Shown: one piece after another, positions 1 to 13,100 of the stretch
Position numbering within the stretch: the stretch's first letter is position 1
Layout: every line of letters starts with the position of its first letter
DNA from: Lytechinus pictus
Lineage: Eukaryota
Direction of reading: 5' to 3'
Length of the DNA stretch: 64,000 bases
Assembly: GCF_037042905.1 (NCBI RefSeq)
Contig: NC_087255.1
Span: 33,170,001 to 33,234,000 of the forward strand
Notes under the pieces: model-generated
Databases searched by the model: none
What the model was told of the DNA's origin: nothing
Seen by the model: the letters and a program-made list of their open reading frames with translations, nothing else
Translations under genes and position numbers: made by a program

Positions 1-420
1 TTGGCATCCAGTGGTTAAAGCAGCTGCATCATTGGGCATGTAATATTAAGTTAATCCCATAAAATTCACATACATGTATTTCAATGAGTTCATGATGAAA
101 ATATTTACTTATAGAAATTACATATTTACAAGTGTAATCATTTTATAAGAAAACAGTATTTTATCACATAAAACACCAGGAAGCTGCTGATGTGACCTCA
201 CAAAATCACCTTTGGAAAATCTAGTAATCTTTGGATATTTTTTTTCAAATCTTCATCAATAAATTTCTTTTGTTTTACTGCTTTTACCATCGGTATGTCA
301 GATTGAGCTCCCCCTAAAGATCAGTTTTATGAAACCACATCACCCGGGTGAAATTTATGGTTCAATAGAAGGGCAATACAAACATTGGTTTAAGAAATAG
401 TATTGGGGGAGAGAGTTAGT

Positions 421-1420
421 AAGAAGAGATCGTCTGTATGAGGTTGATCGAAGAGCATGAAGACAGATCAATGGTTGGTCGGTTGGTTTGTTGAATGGTT
501 GACTAATTCGTTGGTTGATTGTTTGGTTTGTTGGTTAGTTTATTGGTTGGTTGGTTGGTTGCTTTATTGGTTGTTTGACTAATTGGTTGGTTGCTTGATT
601 GGTTGAGATGAGGACGTCTGTATGAAGAGGTTGATGGAAGAGCATGAAGACAGATTGATGGTTGGTTAAATAATTATTGGTTGATTGATTGGTTTGTTGG
701 TTGGTTGATTGGTTTGTTAGTTGGTTTATTGGTTGGTTGGTTGACTAATCGGTTGGTTGGTTGATTCTTTGAGAAGAGGACGTCTGTATGAAGAGTTTGA
801 TGGAAGAGCATGAAGAATGATCGATGGTTGGTTAACTAATTGGTTGGTTGGTTGGTTGGTTGACTAATTGGTTTATTGGTTGGTTGACTAATTTGTTGGT
901 TGGTTGTGTGGGTGATAGGTTGTTGTTGGTTGGTCGGTCCTTCCCGACAAAACGGACAACACTGTAAAAAAAAATTGGGTAACAGTTTAACCAGCACGAT
1001 GTATCCAACCCTATCCAACCAATTTGCGGCAGTATTGCGGCTGTATGAAGAGGTTGATGGAAGAGCATGAAGACAGATTGATGGTTGGTTAAATAATTGG
1101 TTGGTTGATTGGTTTGTTGTTTGGTTGATTGGTTTGTTGGTTGGTTTATTGGTTGGTTGGTTGGTTGGTTTACTAATTGCTTGGTTGGTTGGTTGATCGA
1201 TTGTTTGGGAAGAGGACGTCTGTATAAGAGTTTGATGGAAGAGCATGAATACAGATCGATGGTTGGTTAACTAATTGGTTGGTTGTGTGGGTAATAGGTT
1301 GTTGGTTGGTTAGTTGGTCGGTCGATCGATCGGTCCTTCCCGACAAAACGGACAACACTGTAAAAAAAATATTGGGTAAAAGTTTAACCAGCACGATGTA
1401 TCCAACCAAATTGCGGCAGT
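421..1420. repeat. Composite satellite: (TTGG)n-type microsatellite blocks separated by a conserved ~55-bp core
   Basis: Core cgtctgtatgaagaggttgatggaagagcatgaagacagat(c/t)gatggttgg recurs at about 431, 615, 781, 1041 and 1217 between degenerate TTGG runs. 935-1035 is duplicated at about 1330-1425. Confidence 0.85.
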
Positions 1421-4161
1421 ATTTTACCCAATGCATATTGTCCAGTAAGGTTAAAAAATAAGCAGCAATTACTTTAGAATGGGCAAAATTTTCATCACAC
1501 TGGATAAATAAAAATGCCCAAAAGAAATGCCCAATGTTGGTTGGACACGTATTTATTACCCTCATCATGGACCTACTACTCTGTTGTACTCAATATTGTT
1601 TTTTTAGAGTGAAGGAGAATAATAAAGTGCTTTATTGAGAATAGAAATACAATTACAAGACTAGCTGCTATTCCACCCCGGAATCTGCCGATCATAGTTA
1701 ATTATCTTTCTGGTAATTTTAATACGTGTATCATGGTGGAAATAAAAACAATTGTCACCAATATCCATGTAGGTCTTTTGTGTGCCCACTTTCAATAGGA
1801 CGGGTTGTTTTGTCCTTTATCTAACTGTATATTTTTGATAACTTTGTATTTATTTTGTGAGTATTTCCCTCTCAGTTATTTATTTTTTTCTCATTTGATT
1901 ATCTGTATTTATACTTTGCTATTTTGTTAATTGTTGTGTTATCTATTTTTTGAGGGGCCCACATTGTACAAGCATTGCTTTTTAGTGGGTCCCTCCATTT
2001 CCATCTTAATCTAATTTCTATTGAAAAAATAGTATACTTATTTAAAACCTACAATGTGTTGCCCAAATTGTCTTAAGTGTTTTTTTTTTCTCACAACATA
2101 TGTATCATTATTTTCTTTTTTTGCAACGTATACAAATATTTATGTTTATATATGGTATACAATTCATGTATGTACAATTGATGGAAGTGAAATAAATAAA
2201 TTTGAATTTGAAATTTGAATGAAATTGAGTTACCCATATGCAAGATGGGATGCAGCCACTGTGAATTGCGAATCAATGGATAACCCTTCAGACTTTGAAC
2301 TGTTTGAAAGGTATAACACCTGCTTCCTTTGGCAAGGCGCTTATCTGTATTTAATTGGCAAACTTTCAACTCCGGTGAAATTATTTGAATGCTGAAGCGC
2401 CTGATCTGTGTAGCGGTTAATTATTGTCTTCAATTTTTATAAAGAGATTTATCATCAGTCCTCTCCCTAAACTCGGAATTCCCATTTTAACTCTTATAAG
2501 AGTGGCAAATGAGGTTGGGATGGCACAACAGTTTGTCACCTTTAATATACATTTCAGAGAGTTGTAAATCCAATCAAATGAATCGATATGCATGCGACAT
2601 ACATAAGAAACTTTTTAACTATCTGGAAGATTATTCTTTGTCAGGCCACCGGATTCGTCCCTCCCCATGGATGATATAATCAAGAGTATAGGGGATTTTT
2701 AGTATAAAGCCCATTAATTGAAAACTTTAGGAGCTGGGTGTGTTCAATAATGACGGAGGAAAATAATAAATTTGAGCACAGTCCAATATATCATAATACT
2801 GTACCTATCAGCCTATCTCGATTTACATTGTTTGTACAAGTTTATTTCCAAATTGTCATTGCTATTACGAGCATTTTATTTTGCTCTGTTGAAATGAAAA
2901 TAAAAGAATTTGTATTTGAATTTGAATCTAGACCTGCAACAATGTCTTTTAGCGCTCTTCAGTTTTCTTCTCCCGCTTTCATCATCACTCAAACATAAAC
3001 TTTCATCGAAATGGTAGTTTGCTCTCTGGGTTTGAAAAACTGTCATGAAGCGCTGGTGTATAGATTGGGGGCTTGGGGACACTGTATGGACCCCCGGGAA
3101 AAATGTAAAAAGTAGAAAAGGGGCGGAAAGGGGACCGGTGAATTGTGATGTTACTTTTTAATACTATGTCGAAATCTACCACAAGAATGTATTTTAATCT
3201 TTAAAAAGTCCAAAACTGTGAGAAAAAAATTGCTCCATACGCTACGATCAAGGGGGATCCACACTTTACAATCTTTGCTTTTTAGTGGACCCCCTCATTT
3301 CCATTTATGCTCAATATTATACTGTTTTTTGTTTTACGAAGTAAGAATGCTCGTCTGTAAAATTGTACTTGATTTGTATTACTTTATATTACTTTGTATT
3401 ATGTTTTGAATGGAAATGGAATAAAGAATTGAAATATGTTGTTCCCAAGTTTGAAATTATTGGCTCCTCACACCTCGTACTGCGCCCGGGCACCCCCTTT
3501 CCTCTTTACATGATCTAATCGACTTTCTCTTTTTTTTCTTTCCTCTCATAATTTTCTTCAGTAATTTATTTTCTTTTTTTATAATGAGTTGGATTGGTTC
3601 TTAATCGTGTTAATTGAAATTCTAGAACTTTGTAATAGACATGGATGAAGTTCTCCCAGCAACGATTCTTTTATTTAACCCCCTTGAAATCTGTGATCAG
3701 AATATATTGGCCTATTTACATCAAATCTGGGCATGTGAGTATACATACAGATTAAGCGGGCAAGTTTCTAGAGCGTGTGGGTGTTTTGATGTGCCCCCAA
3801 TGTGCCCTTTGCCCCCACCAAGTCTCTATACCATGATTCTAGCATGCCTTCTTGGAGTTTTCTTTTTCTGCCGTCCGTTCAATAACATGGTACACAGAGA
3901 TACGTGGTGGACCTTGAGTCGATATATCGCGGTGATCTGCAAATAAAAACCCACCTATAAGAGCAAACAAAACCTCTCAAAGATCATTCACTCTAGGTTT
4001 GGACCCCTTTTGTTTTGGGTACTTCGACTCACCTCGTGATATATGTAACATCGTCTTGTTCTGCAACACAGAACTTGCGGCTATTTCCTTCTGTATGGTC
4101 CATTATAATCGTTCTTTGGAGTCTTGTGAATGTTTAGTGTTCCTGAATAACTTGCTTCATC

Positions 4162-7100
4162 ATGGCTGACATGAAGGTATGGACAGTGTTACTGGTCCTG
4201 ATATCTTTTCATGGAAACTCTGACAGTCAAACTGATATGTGTAAGTACATTTTAAAAATCTATTTTCCAAATCAATATTCTCCATGTAGCATAATCATTC
4301 TCGATATATTCTCTAAGAAATTTATTTCAAAATATAAAACATGCATGCTGACAATCCTAAATTTCTAATCATCCGGTTTGTGGAGATGGGTTTAATAATC
4401 TCATCCCGGCCTATTCTTAAAAAGTCGTAAATATAGTTGTCCCAGGAAGAATGAACTCGATGAAAATGCATGAATGTAGACCTGATTTGGATTTATTGTC
4501 AAGAAGTTTTCAGAAATGGAGTGACGGCGATTTCTAAAGAAGTATGTAATACAATAGGTGCACTGTATACATAGCTTTTGGTGGCGATCTGTGATGCTGC
4601 CAGTTTCATGGGAAAACTGAAAAGTGATTTGTGTTGAGAACAGATAATTTCAGATTTACTAAACACAAGTCATGACGAAATATATCTCAAAGCCTTTAAT
4701 AGTGGGCGAAATATTGTATGATAACAGTTTCAAAACGTGTAAACCCCTTATTAGAATTCCAATTTTCAAAACGTGAAAACGTCGCGTGATTTTTTAAAAC
4801 GAGAAAACCCCTTATTAGAATTTGACAATTTTAAAATCAACATTTGTACAAATTTCGAAATTACAAAACAACAAGATTAGATTCAGGCAATATATCTATT
4901 TGTAATGATGTGTTTCACAGTTGCGGCCATGTACGGCCAGTTGGGTAATTTCACATCATATTTCGATAGATATTGCAACATTTATTTTTGCATAAAGTTA
5001 GTAATGTGTCTGCTCATAATTGATGTCCGATCAGAGGCAGTGAAAAGTATTTATCATTACAAAAGTATTTTTCCTATTGTATCAGGCCAGTAATTTCGTT
5101 TTGTCTACAATATGCAAGAAAAATCCAGTGGAGAACATGTCGAACATATTTTATCCTTGCTGCATCTAGGGCGTAGGCTGATTTGAGCATGAGCCAGAGG
5201 TGGAACTAAGGTAGTAATAGGGGGGATGCACATCTTTGGGAGGTGGAAGTAAGGTAGTATTGGGGTGCACATCTTGGGGAGGTGGAACTAAAGTGGTACG
5301 GGGGTGCACATCTTAGGGACGTGGAACTAAAGTTTGGAAAATCAGCTGTTGAAAGCAGAAGGGGTACAAATTCCGTTTTGCTTGCCAGTGTCGGAACTCC
5401 TCTGCCTCAGCGGGAGGGTGCACGTGCCCCCCCCCCCCCGCCTACGCCCTTGCTTTAAAGGGAATACGTTAGATGGTTCTCCGTCTCATAAAACTCCTTG
5501 GTTCAACAAAAAGTAATAATAATAAAAGTACAATTGAGGCGATATTCTTACACTCTCGCAAGAGTTTTGCTTTAAGAGTTAATTTTTTTTTTAATATAGC
5601 ACGAAAAATCGAATTGGATTTGTTTTTCTTACCAAATGTTTGATAATTTAATTGTATTAACCAACCTTATAGAATGGTTTAAAAAACATTTAGAGTACAC
5701 GCTTAGAATAAGTCTTTGGATGAAACTCATCGCTTCCTTGTTCGCACTGAGAGGAGCGAATCTTCCCGGATCCTTGCCATGGAATCAACCATCAGTAAAT
5801 CATGAATTTCCGAAAATTTTCTACTTTTTTTCAGTTACCATGACCATGACGACGGATATAGGTACACCACCACCAACAAATAGCACCCCACCTCCCCCTC
5901 CCCCGCCATCAATTACACCACCCCCACCACCACCATCTTCTACACCAGAACCTCCTGTTACAACAAGAACCCCGCCACCACCCCCTCCCCCATCTCCACC
6001 TCCACCCCCACCATCATCTACCATTCCCCCATCGACCACTCCTAGTCCTCCTACCACAATGACCACGCCCACAAGGAGAAGTCTTACTACCACCGTTGCC
6101 ATGACTACTCGACTAATCGAACCAACTCGGCAGACCACTCGACAGAGGACCGAACCTCCTGTGTCCGTCGAACCAAACCCTGTCGCTGAATCTCTTGGAA
6201 AGATTGGTGTCTTGTTAGCCACATCGCTAGATGAGGTATTTCATGGAGTTTCTTTATATAATCTCACCCCAGTCCAAATTTTGTTGTAGACACCGAATAC
6301 CTTCTTGTGTAATGGTATCGTAAAGGGGCATATAGACCCACCCCCCAAAAAAAAAAAAATCTTCCCAATAAAATTGTTAGTAATCGATACATGATCAATC
6401 TCATCGAAATATTATTTTTTTTAAAGTAAACTCATAAACTTTCAACTATGCACAAATCAAATTTTATGTTTATGCGAGAAGCTTGAAGATGATAGATGTG
6501 TATTGTTCGTTATACATCAGGGAATGTAAAAATAAATTGGTTTACATTATGCCTACCCCCGGGGTGAAAAGAAATCAAACAAACTTTACCAATAGTACCA
6601 ATAATAGAAGCTATAGTTTGTAAGATGGAATTATTGCATCCAAAAAAAGTATGCATTATTCAGAGTTGTGACTTTTAATTATTTTAATTATTTTAATTTG
6701 TTTAATCGTATTATGAGTATTAACCATGTAGTCTAGACTTATCTTTAATGTGTATTTTGCACAAGTTCCGAGAGCTGGTCTCTTTTAATATACAAAGGCT
6801 CTCCTCCGGTAATAATTATAGGAGTCATATCATTTAAAACCAATATTTACATTCGGGTTCTAAAGTCTGGAGTTAATTTCTTCTAATTGATAAGAATGCT
6901 AATTGTTATCATAATTTGTTAATTTCATGTCTATAAATTCATCGTAGCGAATTTTCATGGGTTAATTTTATACAAGCTAAGGCAATGCCCTTAAGCAAGA
7001 CATATTATGTACACTGCCCTTATCATTCTTCATTGGAGGCTATCAAGTCTGATGCTAACTGATTTTGATTGATTTTTAATTTTAACGCTATGATCATAAA

Positions 7101-10100
7101 TTGTTAATTTCATACTCGTGAATTCATATGTATGACTATTAACTCGTACATGGGATCCTGACTACGGTATACCAAAACCCTTAAGCAAGGCATTTGTATT
7201 TACCATTGGGTATTTTTACTTTAAAAACCTCTGTGGGTTTCATAATCATACTTATCATGGGCGGAAATCTGTTCCCAAAGGTAAGAGGGCCAGGGGCTGG
7301 AAATTTTGACAAGCAAAAAAAAAGGGTTATCACCCAAAATGTAAGGTCATTTTAACACACAAAAAATTGACAAGCAAAAAAAAAAGTTTTCACCCAAAAC
7401 GTAAGATCATTTAGTCCAAAATACATTTATAATTTCGATTGTGAGTGATGTATTTTTCTCCATCATAAAAGACCCCCAAAATAGTAGGGGGACATTTGAT
7501 ATCGTGTCCACCTAATATTTTTGGTAGGGGGACGCGTCCCCCCTGCCCCCCTGGGATTTCTGCCCATGATACTTATCGGTGTATTATTAACTTATTATCA
7601 GCATCAACCTGCGATTAGCCAGAGTCATTTTCCGTTTCTAAATCGCAAATTCCATGGCGATGATTTCACCATTCGATTATTCGATAAAGCCTGGCTCGCA
7701 CTATGCGATCCGATGCGACGCGATTTTTCAAGAAATCGCATTTTGCATTAAATATAAAAGTTCCAAGAAGTAAAATTATTTTATATAAAGTTTGGCATGA
7801 TAGGAATACTGAAACCATATTATTTGCGGCAAGCCCTGTGGTCGGAGTTAAGTCCAAATCGGCTTCAAGTCGCAGCCGATGATGACGTCATTACCATTTG
7901 GAATTGATTTTGTTTTTATTCATTCAGGGATACTCGAACTGGACTGAATTTCGATTTCAGTAGCCCTAACACTATTCTAAACTCTGATCTGTAAGATTTT
8001 ATTAGTTGGAATGTCCATATCAAATGTTTCACAATTTCTTTGAGATTCGGATCGCAACGAATCGCATAATGTGAACCAGGCTTAAAGGGGAATCCAGCCT
8101 TGGCCATTAAATGTTGTGTTGGGAAGGAGAAAAATAAATCAAACAGAATGGTGAAAGTTTGAAAGAAATCGGACAAGCAATAAGAAAGTTATGGCTGCTT
8201 AAAAATTGAGATCACTAATACTATGTAGATTTCAAATTGGCAACTAGGTAAGTAAATTATGACAAGGGGCAAGGACAACTTTCCCATAGGCCATGTACTT
8301 TATTATCAGGTATTTGTGGTTTTCTCCTAAGTACCCATTCCCCTGGGGCAGTAATCCAAATATAACCCAGGTAGTATATTGTTTTATGTCCTCATGAAAG
8401 AAAAATATCATTTGAAATAAAACTTTTGGGGAAAATGACATTTTAGCCATAATATGTATTGGAGTACATGGAAGAGTAGTCCTTGCCTTACATCACTATG
8501 ACATCCCATATGCGGCCAATTTGAAGTCTCCATGGGTATAGTGATTACCAATATTTACAACTTTTAAAAATTCATAACTTTTTTGTTGTTTGTCCAATAT
8601 TGTTCAAACTTTTACCTATCAACTTGTCTGATTTTTCTTTTCCTTATAAAAACAAGTTTTTATTTGGGTTGGATTCCCCCTTTAAAGGCCACCGCACGCC
8701 TACGACTGTTAGCGATCCAATTTTGGAACAAATCGCATTTTGCTCATTTTCTGAAGATGTGAATGGAACATATCATTTCATTTGAGGTTAAAATTAATTC
8801 AAAGAATAATATCATAACCAGTTTGAAAGATTCCAAGCCTTTATTTTGGAGTATAGGCCAAATTAGTTTCAAATCGTAGCCAATCGTACGACTGCTATGA
8901 CGTAATTACAACTATAGATATTAAATTCGCTTTTATTCTAAGAAGGATGATAGCATAGTCACAGATTTGAACATATGTATTCGTACGATGATTTAGAACA
9001 TTACACAGTAAGATATTCCAAGTCTCATTATTTTATAGCATCAAATTCTACTACATTTTATTCTGAAATCGGGTCGCAGACCAGTCGTAAGGTGTGCGGT
9101 CGCCTTAAGGCACGGAGGGGATGGATGTAGCAACCTCTTTCCATAGGTGATGTCAAATTTCAAAATGACAGGGAGGTGCGACGCCCAATCCCTCCACCAG
9201 GATCACCGCCCTTTTCAATTCCGAGTGTCTTCGTTGTTCTGAATAAAATTCCCAGGGGTGGTGTTCTAAAATTCGAATGCCCTTTTTTAGGGGGCGGGGT
9301 TCTAAATTCCAATTTCCGTTATAATTATTCGTAACATGAACAAATATTTTCATAATAAATCAATTTTTAACACACTCTCTGTCGCATCTCGATCACATGA
9401 ATAATAACATTGTAATTTGATTTTAAATAATTTATGTTTTGATCGATACGTTTTGTTCTATTTTGATCAATATTTTAGAGGGGCCTGGAAATTGTGTTTA
9501 TGTGAATTAGTTTTTCCTTCCCAAATTCCATATTATTATAATTCATAACCCTGTTCTTTCCTATAACACGTGCCAACCGATTGGAATTGATATTTATTTC
9601 TGTTTGTTTTCTTTCTTTCTTCCATCCTTTTTTATTGGGGGTTGTACTTTTTTGTATTTACACATCTGAAGTTTAACAGAGCCCAATTCAAGGAGGTTAT
9701 AGCGCGGGAAGTCAACAACTATTGTTCCGAATTCGCAGGTCAATGTGTTGGTGAAGGAAAAACTGTAAGGTACGTACCATCATAATTTTGATTATGATTA
9801 TTAATGTTCACAAAATTTTCTTTCCAAGTATGTGCAATAATTTGGTAAGAACCTGTCACAATACTGCCGGCGTACGATATCGTCTGCTTCTATTTAACAT
9901 TTTGTTGCTAATAAATAAAACAAAAATCATGCAGTGGCGTAACAGGCGGGGGGGCAGGGGGGCAAGCTGCCCCCCCTGGCGGAGCTCACCGGGAAAATAA
10001 AAAAAAAAACGGGAAAAATAAAAAAAAAGGGAGGAAGAAAGGGAAAGGGAAAGAAAAGAAAAGAAAAAAAGGGAAAGGGGAAGGAAAGGGAAGGGGAAAG

Positions 10101-13100
10101 GAAAAGGAAAAGGGAAAAGAAAACTAAGAAAAACATTAAAAAAGGGAAAACGGAAAGATAACGGGAAAAGGAAGGAAAAAGAACAAGTGAGAAAGAACAA
10201 TTCGCCCCGATATAATACATTAGCATGATTAGTAAGACAGGGAAATAAATTAAAGATGACAAAAAGGCAAACAAAAGCGGGAAAAAAAGGCAGAATGGAA
10301 TTAGCCAAATCTAAATTGGAAAATAAAGAATAGGGACAAAATAACGTACACTATACAGTATAACGAGCGGGAAGAAAAATGGATGGTATATAGCATAATG
10401 TACGAAAGTCTATCATAAACTTGCTAAATCTCCAAAGGCTCTGTCCTAGAGTCAAGACCCCGTGCAGTGGAGGCTCTTCATCTGTAACCTTTTATGGGTT
10501 CTATAACGGGCCCCTATATGGACCTGCATTAAGCTTTACGTTGAAGCACTGGCGTACAGGGGGGTGGTTCCACACCCAAGGGTAAATAAAAGAAAATAAA
10601 GGAGGCAGCGAAATGAGATGAATGAAAAAAAATATATGACATGATATTTGCTATAATGATGTAAAAATCTATCACATAATTAGAATTTCATTTTAACAGG
10701 CCATTTTTTTTCTGGCTCGCTTCGCTCGCTGGCGACTTTTTATAAATTTTCCCACATTTGCTATGGTGTGCCCCTCACAATATTTGGATGATTACGATAC
10801 ACAACTGCATTGAATTTATGTGTTGTGTTAAAGCTATATAAATACACACGCAATTTGATTAAAACAAGTGGCCATCTGTAAGGTTTAAAATGGCTTTGAT
10901 ATCAAGAGGTTCCGGGGCTCTGCCCTGGACCCCACCCATAAAGCACTGTTATATGGATGAGTTGGACCATGGCCCCCAAAAGTTCTACAACCAAACAAAA
11001 AAAAGAGGAAAGAAAGGAAAGTGTATTATATTTTTCTGAATATCACGTTAAAATCTATCTTCATGTTAGATTCTCATGAAAAGGTTTTTTTTTTATCTCG
11101 CTCGCTTCGCTCGCTCGGGACCTATATTAAGCTACTTCTTGCCAGAAGCGCCATACTCGGCCCCCTCGAGCATATAGAGCTTCGCCCTGATGCTGACAAT
11201 CATAACACAAATCCTGTTCACCGTGGCGTACAAAAAAAGAGAGAAAAAAGGAAAGAGAGGAGGGTGAAATATGATATCATCTTTTTAACATTATGTCAAA
11301 ATCTATCACAAAATTGGATTTTTGCAATAAAAATGTCAAAAAGATTTGCTCGCTCGCTTCGCTCGCTTATATATATATATTTGAGCGATACGCCATATCG
11401 CCCCCTCAAATGTTTTGCCTTGTGACGCCATTGCCTGTTCCATGATATGACCGGGAAATTTTTGGCTCTTGCCCCCCCTGGCCACCGACCCCTGTTACGC
11501 CGCTGAAATCATGTTAATGTCACATTCAAACTGGCTCCAAACCGATCGCTGATTATATTTCACCAAAAATAACATAACAGATATAACAAAAAAATTATCA
11601 TTAATCGAAGCGGTATTAACCACCAAGCCCTTATTTCTTGATACCGCCACTGCAGATATTATCATCTTCATCTTCGTCACCATCATCCTCATCTTCATCA
11701 TCATCATCGTCATTATCATCAAACATCACCATCATTATCATCATCTTCGTCACCATCAACTTCATCATCATCATCCTCCTCCTCATCTTCGTCATTATCA
11801 AACACCATCATCATGTGATACTCCAAACCTCGGTAATCTACATTCTACTCCATGATGACGATGAGTGCTTCACATCAAAATTTGCTGCATCGAATTTCTC
11901 AATGATTCATGATTATTGATTTGTGATCTTTATCGCAGTTTAACAGCCCTCTTTTTATCGAAAAGGTTGAATAGCGCGTGAAAGAAAATGAAAAGGATGA
12001 AAAATGTCTCTAGCTTCCCTGGTAATAGACGAGATCATGACCTCTAAAATTCCAGCATTAACCTCGATCGTCCATCATTTCATGCCACTGCGCGCTACCA
12101 TACAGATATTGATTGCTCGGCTCAACATCACTCATCGCCCAGTCAACGACACTCCTGTCCTTTAACAGGGCGGTGCCATTGAGGGGCGGGGGGGACGACT
12201 GTCCCCTGTGGTATTTCAAGTAGTAAAAAGGAGAGGAGAAAGGGAAAGAGGGAAGAAATAGAATATAAAAGAGAATCGTCTGGTCCGTGTAATTTTATAA
12301 TGCCCTTATATTATTCAGTTCAGAAAAATCACTGACAGGTTGTCTAAATACTTGCCCAGCCCCTCCCCCAATCAATGACCCTCGCGCCGCCCCTGGGTCC
12401 TTGTTATCATATTTTGTAGTCTTTGACAATTTGTTGATTTACTGTGTTTTTATTTTCTAGCGCCATAAATGTGGTGATTGTCAATGCCGAACCATATGAA
12501 GTTCAGGTAAATGACGCTAGACGTAAGCTCCTCCAGGAGCAGGAGATCCTGGTGGAGTATTACGTGCAGGATCCAATCTTATCTACCAACGTCATGATGA
12601 CAACAGAGCAACAACGATCCTTCCTCGCTAATGATGACGTCGATGACGCCTTAAAGGTATTGTAAAACATTTCGCTGATAATTGTTGTTGCAGGTGTCGC
12701 TCTGCGATCGACCCACGACGGATTCAATAAACAGTGAATGTATTAAAAATACCCATAAATGATAATGAACAGCTGAGGTCTTTGTCGAAAATTGGTGAAC
12801 CGGAACAGCAATTTCATCCTAAGTTTCGGACCGGCCTTAAAAAATGCAAATATGTCGTCTGTCCAGAGTCCAAGACGAAATGATTCACCAATTTTCGGAA
12901 AAGACATCTTGGTTGTTCATTGTCATGAAGGGCATTATTTTGACAATACATTTTTCCATGTCTTAAAATTGATGCAGATTCACAGGGGAAATGTGCAGGG
13001 GTCATTTTTTTAGAGATATCTCGAATGCGTTTCCTCAACATTTTTCATCTGACAAGTTTTTTAGACGTGACAAATTGTCAGATATTAGAAGCACGGTACC

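Noticed and set aside
832-1568. Q/P/T/N-rich ORFs
   Set aside because: These are translations of the TTGG satellite.
5821-6222. Gly/Val-rich minus-strand ORF
   Set aside because: It is the antisense shadow of the Pro/Thr-rich exon 3 of the mucin-like gene.
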